42,229 bases of DNA, taken from Octopus sinensis. Lineage: Eukaryota. Below the pieces are notes generated by a model that saw only the letters and a list, made by a program, of their open reading frames with translations, had not been told where the DNA came from and made no database searches. Positions within the stretch are counted from its first letter, which is position 1. Every line of letters begins with the position of its first letter. The DNA lies in NCBI RefSeq assembly GCF_006345805.1, contig NW_021835714.1:1-42229 (forward strand). The letters run 5' to 3'. Below are positions 12,179 to 24,127 of the stretch, piece after piece. A program made the position numbers and the translations under genes.

Positions 12179-13036
12179 GCTCATGAGGACCCTTGTAAGG
12201 GAGTAGTCAAAAATAGTACACTATGTTTGCCGTTTCTTCATGCTTATATTTCCAGCACATGACCGGACAAGTTTTATGGCGAGTTTCTGTCTATAAACGA
12301 CAATAATAGATTATGATGTGTCTCCCTTCATTGCGGATGTAATTTTAATCAATTAAAGGTTATGGGGCTCACACCATTCGGTGTGTTGAGAGTGCACTTT
12401 ACTGTTTGATTTCTTGTAGCAGGGGTCTTCAGGTATTTCCACCCCAATTAGTCTTCTAAGTTATTCTGCCACGTACCATTTCTTTATCAAAAAATCAATG
12501 TATCCTTCAATCTATCTAAAGTCTGGTTAGATACTTCGCTGGTGAACTGCAATAAGGTCAAAGCAGAGCGGGTTTATCACTCAGCTTCACGAATATCGCA
12601 TACACTTTCTACCACATTTTTGTTTTATGATTATAATTTTAATTCCGAAGTTGTCTCCCGTGTCTTTACTTGTCAGAATTAATCAAAATAATGAATTTGC
12701 CATTACTATAGAGGTAACAGTATTTAACTATCACTGTAAATGTTAGTTAAATTAATTAACTTTTAAGCCCATAACGTTACATAATTTAGTATTCACTTTA
12801 ATGTCTGTCATATCCAGAGCTGCTGGAATTTAATAACCGACTTTGCGTTAGAGTTAATCAACTTTATGTCGTACTTCGGTGGTATTATACATCACACTGA
12901 GAATTACTGCAACATGTCTGCATGTTTCGACGCACTCATAATATAACATATTAATGTCAACGTCCATTCAGTCAATGTCCTGTTTATGTTTCAATTTTTG
13001 TTTTTGATGTTTATCTTTTGTTATTTATGTGTTACT

Positions 13037-13240
13037 TGATTCAGTCACTGGAGTGCGGCCATGCTCGAGCCGACCCTCAACACATATCCTTATAATCCTG
13101 GTATTTATTCTATCAGTCGCTTTTGCTAAACCTCAAAGTTACGGAGAAGTAAACAAACCAGCACCCGTTATCCAGCGGTGATGGGGCAGAGACACAAACC
13201 ACAAACGCAGACACACACGCACACACAGACACACACACGC

Positions 13241-13271
<31 letters not shown>

Positions 13272-13427
13272 TACATGATGGACTTCTTTCAGTTTCCGTC
13301 TACCAAACTCACTCCAAGTCTTTGTTTAACCCGGGGCTATAGTAGAATACACTTCCCAAGGTACTGCGAAATGGGACCGAACCCGGAACCTTGTGGCTGG
13401 TACGCAAACTTCTTACCACACAGCTAC
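13037..13427 (-). mobile_element. SINE family B, older full-length copy
   Basis: Its reverse complement aligns by eye with 40111-40533, including the central (CA)n. Confidence 0.82.
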
Positions 13428-13507
13428 ATAGATTCACAATAATTTCTTTTATATTCTATCAATACTGTCAATTTACACACACAAACGCACACATACGTAT
13501 CCACCCT

Positions 13508-13547
<40 letters not shown>

Positions 13548-14098
13548 CACACACACACCACACAGTTTGCGTGAGTTCAAGAAGTGTGTCAGTTCGAAAT
13601 AAGACATTGAATGGATGAATGGAGAGATTAATTAGGTTGATACAAGTTTATATTTACTTTGATGTTTCACCGGTTGAAGTTTGGCGTGAGGGACATAGCC
13701 AGGGACATTATGCCCGAGAGATACATTAACGAGGAAGAAAGGTTGAGCAATGGCCTTAATAAAATGTCTGCTTACGTAAGATGTCGTTACCTTAACACTG
13801 AGTGAAGGTTATAACGGAGGAGACGAGGAGAACTGGCAAGTTCAAAAAGGCAAAAACCGCTTTAGTAACGCCAGAAAAGATAGAATGGTTTATAAAACAT
13901 GTTGATATGCCTGTCTTCGTAAGACTATTGGTAACTCATCGCTTCTCTTTGAATATGTAGCATCGTTTTTGTAGCTATGTTATTAATAGTTTAGAAGTAT
14001 CTCTGTCTGTGTGTGTTTACGCATGGAAGTATCTGCACCGTATCAAATATGTGTTATTACTGTTGTTCGTACAAGTATTGATTCACTAACTATTACCA

Positions 14099-14143
<45 letters not shown>

Positions 14144-14274
14144 TATTATTATTATTATTATTATTATTATCATCATTATTATTATTATTATTATTTATTA
14201 TTATTATTTTATTATATTATTATTATTATTATTATTATATATTATTATTATTAATATTGCTATCATCATTACTC

Positions 14275-14490
14275 AGGCGGCGAGCTGGCAGGATCGTTAG
14301 CACGTTGGACGAAAATGCTTAGCGGTATTTCGCCTGCCGTTACATTCTGAGTTCAAATTCCGCCGAGGTCGACATTGCCTTTCATCCCACGGGATCGATA
14401 AAATCAGTACCAGTTGAACACTGGGGATCGATGTAATCGACTCATCCTCACTTCCGCCAAGCTGCCTTGTGGCAAGAACTTGAAGCTATT
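14275..14490 (+). mobile_element. SINE family A, near full length
   Basis: GGCGGCGAGCTGGCAGGATCGTTAGCAC...GAGTTCAAATTCCGCCGAGGTCGAC...GATGTAATCGACT, lying between two trinucleotide tracts. Confidence 0.88.
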
Positions 14491-14520
14491 TTCCTCCCCT
14501 CCTCCTCCTCCTCCTCCTCC

Positions 14521-14558
<38 letters not shown>

Positions 14559-14767
14559 TTTCTCATTATCCACCTCATCATCACCATCGTTATCATCATC
14601 GTCGTCATCATCTTCATCATCCTCAATTATTATTATTATTATTATTATAGCAATTATTTTTGTTGTTGTTGTCGCTATGGCCTTGGTGATGACAGTCGCC
14701 GTGCTGGAAACATATTACCACAGAAATCCCTTATCTTTTTCCAATATAAAATCTCAAAGACTGTAAT

Positions 14768-14793
14768 GGTGGGGGTGGGGGTGGGGTGGGGGG
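14768..14793 (+). other. G-quadruplex-capable motif
   Basis: Four runs of 4-6 G separated by single T. Confidence 0.7.
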
Positions 14794-15390
14794 TGCCTTA
14801 CATAGCGACTTCACCTTATTTCCTTTTGTGTTCTTTGTTCTTGTTTCGCGTCAGCCGAAGGAACAAGGTGTAACACGTAAGAGAGAGACAATAACATCGA
14901 TGATCAAAAGAGGAAGTGCTATCAGTCAATCAATGGCAGATTGAATGCGTTTCTGCCAACCAAAAACCAGTTCCTCAAGACGCAACATATTATCGATTCT
15001 GTCACACGATTTTCTCCATTTTCAGTTTTCGCTATTGTTTAAAAAATAAACAATAAAAATTAAACAACAACAACAACAACAGTAATAGTATTGGTGTGGT
15101 GGTGATGGTGGCAGTGGTTGCGGTGGTGACAGTAGCCTCGATGGTAGTAGTAGCAGTAGCAGTGGTAGTAGTAATGGTGGTAGTAAGGGTTGTAGTAGTG
15201 GTAGTAATGTATTACCATTATCATGAAAGAAAATGGTTAAGATATCATGATAACATCAGTTTACCGTTGTTATTTCCCATGTGTCAATCTAGATGCGTGT
15301 GTGCGGATATAAAACGTTCTGCATGCATATGTATGTGTATGTGTGTACGTTGTGTATATATATATATAATATATATATATATATTATATA

Positions 15391-15435
<45 letters not shown>

Positions 15436-15439
15436 TATA

Positions 15440-15479
<40 letters not shown>

Positions 15480-15629
15480 ATATATATATAATTAAAAGGA
15501 TAATGTTTGTGTCTAAGGTATGTTTGACAATAACTATACCTTTGACGACATGCGTGTGTATATGCACGTGTCTCCGTCTCTGCGTGTATGGGTCAGTGTG
15601 TATGTGTTTGTATGTGTATGTGTGTGTGT

Positions 15630-15671
<42 letters not shown>

Positions 15672-16434
15672 GTCTCAGTATCACACCTATAACCAATAAG
15701 TTTGATGTAAAGAGAAGTTATTCGACTTCAATGTGCCTTTTACTAATATTGACAGGCAACAGCAAATGAGCAAGTCTTTTTCTCCTTTAACTAATTCCAT
15801 CAATATTTCTGCAGACACCTCGTGATTCTATTATTAATATCAACTCTCTATACTGCTGTTTAGTGGACTTAAAACAGTTGTGCTGCCGAGTGAAACCAAA
15901 ACCAAAAATGAGTCGATTCGCCAGGAGATAGAAGATTGTCCAATTTCTTTTACGTTTTATTTGGTCGAGTGGGTAGAATTTGTTTTTTTTTTTGTCCGAG
16001 TCACTTTAGAACAGTTCAAAGATCCCTTTGTCTTGCTTTATTTCCTGTTTTGTTTGTTTTTTTTTGTTTTTGTTCTTCTTCTCTTCTTCTCTATATTTCT
16101 TAATATAATAAATAATCAATATCTTTTAGTTTCTTCTTCCTTTCTTCAAAAGAATAATACTTCATAGTTTGTAGTAGTTTTTCACAGCGCTATGTCACAC
16201 GCACACACACACACACATGTATATATATATATAATATAGATATATTATATATATAATATATATTAATATATATTATATATATATATGTATGTATGTATGT
16301 ATATATGTGTATAATATATATATATATATTATATATATATGATGTATATGTATATAGTATATATATATTATATATATATATGTATGTATGTAATATGTAT
16401 ATATCTATATATATATTATATATACACACATTAG

Positions 16435-16465
<31 letters not shown>

Positions 16466-17274
16466 CATATATATAGGTATGTGTATAAACTGAAGCACGT
16501 AGAAGATATGTATGTGTGTGTGGTTGTGTGTATGTATGTGTATATGAAACATTTCGAAGCACTCATAGGAGAGGAAAAACTCAACGGCTCCCCTCGCGGG
16601 AATCCACCCACATGAAGAAATATGGCGAAGGACCACTTTGCTGATTGTACCAAAGAGATTCTTAAAGCAATCAGTCATATTATCGCTTGTAAATGATTTA
16701 CCTTCGTTCATATCGCAGGGAAACCAAAGATAAATGTAAGTAATTTATATTTCAACTTTTAACCGTTTACCTTTTGGTTTATTATTTTTTTATATCATGG
16801 GATTAATTTCAGGTCATAAACGTCAAGGCTGAATGTGAGTCGTTAGACTGTAATGGAACAGTCATTCTGGTTACTGGTGGTTATGTAACTGTGAAGTACT
16901 CTGTGGACCTCATGTGACTTGGCAAGTGCTTCGTGGAGGGCTATGTATAGCGAAGGAATCGATAGATGAGAGTTTCACAGCAATTTATGCAATATGTGAA
17001 TTAACTAGGGTGGGGCACACCAAACGAAGGACCCAAGCTATTCAAAGAAATACAGGAAAGCACCAGAACATGATAAAATTCTGAATAGGTACTCAAAATA
17101 TGTCGATGACAGAGACGAAGATAACAACTCTATTACTGAAAAGAAAGCCATTTCCAAGTTTATCAAAGTCTCAAGACAGTCGACACTGAAAACAATCGCC
17201 CTTCATACAATTTACGATGCCTTAGTTCTCCTGATATTGGTTATAGATTTTGATACAAGAACAGTAATGTTGAG

Positions 17275-17373
17275 GGTGAGTTAAGTCGATTACATCGATT
17301 CCAGCGCTGAGCAGGCGAGACGCCGCTAATCATTTTGCCCGGCGTGCTAACGATTCCACCAGATCACCACCTT
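17275..17373 (-). mobile_element. SINE family A, internally deleted copy
   Basis: Keeps TAAGTCGATTACATCGA (tail side) and CCGCTAATCATTTTGCCCGGCGTGCTAACGATTC (head side) but lacks the central core. Confidence 0.6.
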
Positions 17374-17500
17374 TTTACATTTTCATAATTCTGCTGAGAG
17401 GAAAGGTATATCTGAAAACAAAACAACTTCAGAGCAATCTTTTTCCAGAAGATAAGAACGGACACTGCAAATGCTCATATACCTGAAGAGATCAATTATT

Positions 17501-17743
17501 TTTTTCTTAGCCAGGCTCATGGGCCAGGTCTCCCAGTTTCAATGGCGTATGTGTTCCCCAGCTGGACGGGACGCCAGTCCATCGCAGTGTTACTCAATTT
17601 TGCCAGCTGAGTGGACTGGGGCAACGTGAAATAAAGTGTTTTGCTCAAGAACACAACGCGTCGCCCGGTCTAGGAATCGAAACCACAATCTTACGATCAT
17701 GATGCTGACATCCTAACCACTAAGCCTCGCGCCTCCACAATTA
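17501..17743 (-). mobile_element. SINE type D (tRNA-like head, CORE-like block, distinct tail) with 16-bp target-site duplication
   Basis: GAAGAGATCAATTATT occurs at 17485-17500 and 17744-17759. The head carries TGGTTAGG and GGTTTCGATTCC. Confidence 0.92.
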
Positions 17744-18567
17744 GAAGAGATCAATTATTATTCAACAGAGCCATATCCGTGATTAGTTGAAGGAGAAAGG
17801 ATGAGTAATTCATACCCACCCTGTTCTGGGTTAAATACCAGAATTCCTTTTAACGGTGGTTATTTCACATAGGGCAAGGCAACATTAATACTGAATGATA
17901 CGACCACTAAAAAGAAGATATACTAAACATGTTTAAACGTTAATGTTAAGCAGTTTTTACATTCATACAAAAAAGGTGGGAAATAAATATTAACCCCTTC
18001 TCCGCTAGATGGAATGTTCAAGTATTCATGCGAACCTCCATCTTCCTTTAAAAAATAACAATAAGAAAATACTATTGAAACTCCATTAGGCAGACAAATC
18101 GATGGATTGCACCTCAGACCAGACATCATACTCAGGACAATGGTGAATTAATTGAACGGAACAATAGCGTCTTAATTACCGATATAATACCAAATAACTA
18201 TAATGGAGTGTAGAAATATGATAATAATACTAATAAATTACACCGACTTATTTGTTGAACTAAAAACATTGTGGTAATTAAGGAATGAGTATAATTCAGT
18301 TTATAATTAGCACAGTCGTTTCTGTAGGATCGTTGATAAATTATCCGTATCAATAGACACAGTTCAGGTTCTGTTCCAAAATATAGCAATAAGATCTGTA
18401 AATACTGAAAGGGCATTTCCATTCGTCGGTTACATTTGATAATTTTCGTTAATCTTGAAGCTGCTCCATAATCTTGAACGTCCAGGGCGAACGTGGAAAG
18501 CTCTCTGTGGGACTTGCATAGAGCATTCTTGTTAAGTGGATGTGCATTATCTCCAAAATGACGCGAA

Positions 18568-18884
18568 GTCGCGTGGCTAAGTGGTTCGCGTATTCGGCTC
18601 AAGATTGTTGAGTTGTGGGTTCGAGTCATGGCGGCACGTTGTGTCGTAGAGCAACTTGCTTTATTTCGCGTTGCTCCAGTTCACTCAGCAAGCAAAAAAA
18701 TAAGCGCTATCTGTAATTCAAAGAATATTTCCCATTCTGTGTCACACTGAACCTCTCTGGGAACTACGTTAAGGATTACGCGTGTCTATGGAATCCTCAG
18801 CCACTTGCACGTAAATTCCATGAGAAGGCGGTTGCGTTGATCGAGTCAGCTGGAACCCTCGTAGTCGTAACCGACGAAGTGCCA
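18568..18884 (+). mobile_element. SINE type C2 (tRNA-like head, CORE-like block, shared 3' domain), older copy
   Basis: GTGGCTAAGTGGTT...GGGTTCGAGTC head; TTTATTTCGCGTTGCTCCAGTTCACTCAGC block; GAACTACGTTAAGG...CAGCCACTTGCACGT 3' domain. Confidence 0.8.
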
Positions 18885-18983
18885 TTTATCTCAAAGAACG
18901 GAGGTATGCATTATTTCTGAGACATGCCCAATTCTTGCACCAAGGAGCGGAATTGTGTTTTTCCGAAACCCATAAATAATAAT

Positions 18984-19370
18984 GGTTGGAAGCACTCCGT
19001 CGGTTACGACGATGAGGGTTCCGGTTGATCCGAATCAACAAAACAGCCTGCTCGTGAAATTAACGTGTAAGTGGCTGAGCACTCCACAGACACGTGTACC
19101 CTTAACGTAGTTCTCGGGGATATTCAGCGTGACACAGAGAGTGACAAGGCCGGCCCCTTGAAATACAGGTACAACAGAAACAGGAAGTAAGAGTGAGAGA
19201 AAGTTGTGGTGAAAGAGTACAGCAGGGATCACCACCATCCCCTGCCGGAGAGTCGTGGAGCTTTAGGTGTTTTCGCTCAATAAACACTCACAACGCCCGG
19301 TCTGGGAATCGAAACCGCGATCCTACGACCGCGAGTCCGCTACCCTAACCACTGGGCCATTGCGCCTCCT
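18984..19370 (-). mobile_element. SINE type C1 (tRNA-like head, unique centre, shared 3' domain), young copy with 13-bp target-site duplication
   Basis: CATAAATAATAAT occurs at 18971-18983 and 19371-19383. The head GGAGGCGCAATGGCCCAGTGGTTAGGG...GGTTTCGATTCCC is collinear with 36240-36618. Confidence 0.93.
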
Positions 19371-19779
19371 CATAAATAATAATAACAATAATTATAATTT
19401 CTAATTAGGGCCACGAGAGAGAAATTAGAAGAACCAGGTTGATTCAACTAATGCATGTATTTATATTATCAATAAATGAAAAGATTAGTTCGTCGAGGTT
19501 AGATTTGAACTCAGATCGAAAAGTGCCAGAACAAATACGCAAAGAATCTTGTCCGATCTTCTAAAGGTATTGACAATCCAGCAGGCCATAATAATAACAA
19601 TATAATCTTGGCAAATTCCGTAAATAGAGGTGAATCATACATAAGGATCAAGAAGGTGGAGTGAAGGGGTTGGTGGGGGAATCAGGAAATCGAATGACAG
19701 AAAGGATGAGGCGGAAATACAGAGGGAAATGTATAATACGTACATCAATTCACAGCCACACAAGTGTATGCACGCGTAT

Positions 19780-19942
19780 ACACACACACACACATACACG
19801 TGTGTGTGTGTGCGTAAATACACATAATACACACTTACATGTATATGTTTATGCACATGTATATGCATATATACATAATATATATATGTGAGTGTCTGTG
19901 TGTGTATACATGTATGTATATATGTATGTATTTATGTAGGTA

Positions 19943-19987
<45 letters not shown>

Positions 19988-20491
19988 TATATATATACCA
20001 TGGCATGTATGTATGTATAATCTATATATACATACCTGTATGTATATATACATATACATATATATATATATTATATGATATATATATATCTATATATATA
20101 TACCTGTATGTATATATATATATATAACCTGTATGTATATATATATATATATTTAAATATATATATTATATATATATATATTATATATATATATATGAAA
20201 ATAGGATAAAGATGAAAGCGACAAAAAGATTTCGAAGAGAGGATGGTAAGTAAACGTTAGGAAGCAGGAGGTTGGGGAAAGTGAGGAAATGCAATAAGGG
20301 AATAGATTCCGAGATGAGATGATTAGAGTCAGAAAAATGGCGCCAGACGCCATTTCGACTTGTCACATGACTGTTTCTAGTAAATTCCTTTTGATGGCTG
20401 GTAACAATATGGCAGGTGTTTCTTAGGATTTCTAACCGGAAGATCACATCACACACACACACACACACACACTGAAACATACACGCTTTCT

Positions 20492-20536
<45 letters not shown>

Positions 20537-20679
20537 ATGTGTGTTTGTGTGTGTGTGTGTGGGTGTGTGCGTGTGTGTCTATAGATATGTATGTATATAC
20601 ATACACACGTACATACATATACATGCATATATATATATGTGCGTGTGTATGTGAGTGTACGCGCGCGTATGTATGTATT

Positions 20680-20741
<62 letters not shown>

Positions 20742-21530
20742 TGTACGTATGTATGCGTGTATGTATACACACATATGCATGCACCCTACTCTATTCTCTT
20801 TATATATATTTATATATAAACGTATATATATATATATGTGTGTATGTGTGTGTATGCATGTGTTTGCGTGTGTGATGTGTCTGTGCCCGTGTTTATATGT
20901 ATGTATGTACACACACGCCTGGACGCACATTTATGCGTGTGTGTATGTGTGTGTGTCTACGTGTTGAAGGTGCAGAAAGTGCCAATCCAATAGATTATTT
21001 CTGTATTTCTTTCTCTTTGGCAACGTTAATGAAAGCGACATACGCCATGATGGATAATGGTCACCATGATGACTACGAGCACAAAGACGAGGAAGAAAAC
21101 TTCATCTTCGCTGTCATAGTCATCGTCATCATCATCATCATCCCCTTCTACCTCCTCCCTTCCTCCTCCTCCTTTCACCCTCCCCCCACCTCCTCCTCTC
21201 CCCTTCCTCTTCTTCTTCTTTCTCGCATCTTCTTCCTCCTCCTCCTCATCTTCTTCTTCCTCCTCCTCCTCATCTGCTTCTTCCTCCTCCTCCTCATCTT
21301 CTTCTTCCTCCTCCTCCTCATCTTCTTCTTCTCCGACTCTTCCACTTCCGCTTCCCATCCTCCTACACTTCTCCTCCACTCCTCCCCCACTCATCCTCCT
21401 CCTCCACTCCTCCCCCCACTCATCATCCTCTTCCTTCTCCTCTTCCATTCCATCTCCCCAACCTCCTCCTTCACTCCTCCCCCCTCCGCCTCCTTCACTC
21501 CTCTCTCCTCCGCCTCCTCCCCTTCGTCTT
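19780..21530. repeat. (TA)n/(TATG)n/(TG)n tracts and a pyrimidine-rich CCT/CTT tract with a 24-bp higher-order unit
   Basis: Directly visible. CTTCTTCTTCCTCCTCCTCCTCAT recurs about 4 times near 21225-21330. Confidence 0.92.
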
Positions 21531-21917
21531 CCTTGTTGTGGATGCTTGTGATGATGATAAAGACGAGAATGACACCAACGTTATATATTATGGCAACCGT
21601 TTATTATGATTTTTTTTTTTCGGTTTTGCTTTATTTTTCAGTTTTCCTTCGACGTTACTCTCATCCATGTAAAGCTTCCAAAAGCTGGAAATCATCCGAA
21701 AAGCTTCACCAATATCATCTTCGCATATATTCTGGTTTTTAGTGGAAGTAAGATTCGAGGGCAGCCGTAGAACCAATTGTCTCTGGTTGGCAGAGACGCT
21801 GACTCCTATATTCACGGTCTAAAGGTTATGAAACTTTATCGTGATACTGAAAATGATGATGAGGATGATGATGACGACGACGAAGACGTGGACGACAATA
21901 ACTGCGATGATAACATA

Positions 21918-21990
21918 TGGCGTAGTGGTTAAGAGCGTGGGCTACTAAGCCCAAGATTCCGAGTTTGATTCCAGGCAGTAAGTACTCTGA
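21918..21990 (+). mobile_element. tRNA-derived SINE head followed by (AAT)n; not a functional tRNA
   Basis: A-box TGGCGTAGTGG, stem GGGC-TACTAA-GCCC and B-box-like GTTTGATTC are present, but there is no complete acceptor stem. Confidence 0.7.
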
Positions 21991-22002
21991 ATAATAATAA
22001 TA

Positions 22003-22041
<39 letters not shown>

Positions 22042-22146
22042 ATGATAATAATAATAAAATAAAATATTTATATATAATATAAAATAATAATGAGATGATG
22101 ATGATGGTATTAATATAATAATAATAATGATGATGATGATATGATG

Positions 22147-22177
<31 letters not shown>

Positions 22178-22261
22178 AATAATAATAATAATGATGATAT
22201 TATATAATAAAACAACACAAAAACAACAACAATAATAATAATAATAATAATAATATAATAA

Positions 22262-22753
22262 TGTTTTGTCTTGGTATAAAAGATGGGCAACAGCAAATAT
22301 TCTGCTCAATACCGCAGATTTGCTTGTCAGTTGTTTGACCTTAACCAGTTGAGCATGTCCCTTAGTGGCTGACGATATGTGCATCTCTGATCACGAGCAG
22401 AAGTAGTGGGGGAGCATCATAGCCATGTGTTGAGAGGGATTCTTTGGGGTTTGAATAATTCACCTCTGGAAACATGGGTGTTTCGTTCAACATCCTTAAA
22501 CAACCCTTATTCAGGGACCTTTTGAGCGGGATGGGTTACTCGACCAGAAGAAAATTCTAACTGGGCCCCACCTGCAAGGTCATGTGCTGTTTGTCTTGAT
22601 ATGAGATCACCATGTCGCGCACATATGGTTGTGATGCATGTGCCTAGTGTACCCTTATCAGACGGGTAGTCATGATGGGTATACTGGGCTTCATATATTT
22701 TATCCCCAGTGTCACATTGATGGCATGAACTGCTCTGTCACTCAATGATAACA

Positions 22754-22825
<72 letters not shown>

Positions 22826-22835
22826 GCAACAACAT
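22262..22835 (+). mobile_element. Non-coding 3' end of a retroelement with an (AAT)n tail, inserted in an (AAT)n tract (possibly Dong/R4-clade)
   Basis: A ~480-bp complex block flanked on both sides by (AAT)n. I recall it as an abundant Octopus repeat. The clade is inferred only from the TAA-repeat targeting known for Dong elements. Confidence 0.5.
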
Positions 22836-22888
22836 CCAAAAGTACCTTAGGAATGAGAAACTTTGCTCACCTTATATATATATATATA

Positions 22889-24127
22889 TAGGGGGTCTCA
22901 AATGCATATATACTTTAGCAGCTGATAACTCAATTGATGTTGTTTTTTTGTTTTCAGATCGAACCCATTGGAATTAATGATGGCAAACTATTCCTTCTAA
23001 AATGCTACTGGAAGCGTGAAAACGCAGCTTAAGTTCAAAGACAATTTCGGAGGAAGTTTCAAACAGATTCACCAATGCGACTTATCATCACTCGAATTAC
23101 AGATAAGTTTGAAACCGATAGAACCGTTCAGAATGTCCACAAGAAACGCTCCGGAAGACCACGAACATCGACAACCTACACAAAGCATGAAGGAGTACTG
23201 GAAAAGAATAACCAAAGTACAAGAAAATCTGTGCGGCAAGCGAGTCGTGAGGTAGGCATTTCAAAATCGTCTGTCCAACGCATTTTGAAGCGTTGTCAAT
23301 GGAATAGTTACGTTCCAAGATTAGTCCATACTATTACGATGATTCCGACCGAAGAGTGCAGTATTGCGGGTGGTACTTGGCACAATGTGTAGAAGATGCA
23401 CATTTTCCAACAAAGACTGTGTGGAGTGATGAGGGCCACATTCAAATTAAATGGTTCAATTAACCACCACAGTTGCACATACTGGGGACCTTAGAATCCG
23501 CATGTTATGGTGGAACACCTTGTTAATTTACCATGACTTACAGTGTTGTGTGGCTTATCATCAAGAGGATTAATTGGACCGTTCTTTTTTAATGCTACTC
23601 TGACTGGTCCCGTTTACTTGAACTTGCTGCAGCAGTCTGTCATGCCAAGCATTGGAGAAGACTTTGAAGATGGGGAATTTTATGTTCAGCAAGATGGGGG
23701 CACTTCCACACTACCATCGTGATGTTAGATCCTTCCTTAATGAGATCTTGCTAAACAGGTGGATTGGACGAGGGAGTTTCGTTGAATACCCAGCTCGTTC
23801 ACTAGACCTCACAGCACCACACTTTTTTTATGGGGATATCTAAAAGACAAAGTCTACGCTATGAAACCTGCAACAGTCGCTGATTTGAGAGCGGCCATTG
23901 AACGAGAATGCACACAAATACCAAACGAATTGTTTCGTGATGCTTCGCGTTGTCAGCAGTGCCTGGACCAGAACGGGCGTCAGTCTAAAAACAGGCGTTG
24001 GCAAAACAATAAAATAATGTCTGTAGATTCTATTAGATTTTAAAAATTAAATGTAATTTAATAAACACCTTCTTTACACTTACTTAAAAATTACTTAAAG
24101 TGTGTACACAGTTTTTGGGACACCCTG
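22889..24127 (+). mobile_element. Tc1/mariner DNA transposon, DD41D (rosa/Visitor-type), defective copy
   Basis: Right end reads CAGGGTGTCCCAAAAACTGTGTACACACTTTA on the minus strand, followed by TA. The left end TAGGGGGTCTCAAATGCATATATACTTTA is a degenerate match, and the element sits in a (TA)n tract. It encloses transposase remnants. Confidence 0.9.
22980..24002 (+). pseudogene. DD41D transposase pseudogene
   Basis: Across frameshifts it reads [56 protein letters not shown]...[23 protein letters not shown]...VWSDE...[78 protein letters not shown]. There are 41 residues between the QQD Asp and the third catalytic position, which is His here. It has an in-frame stop and several 1-bp frameshifts. 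Confidence 0.9.

Noticed and set aside
18198-18629. 143-aa minus-strand ORF
   Set aside because: It starts inside a SINE head, and no recognisable protein features follow.
21026-21742. Acidic poly-Glu ORF (minus) and 281-aa ORF (plus)
   Set aside because: They are explained by the CCT/CTT tract and its 24-bp higher-order repeat, with no unique coding sequence.
21918-21985. Possible tRNA gene (also the SINE heads at 19300-19370, 36240 and 40111)
   Set aside because: The A/B boxes are present, but there is no complete cloverleaf and each runs into SINE body or microsatellite.
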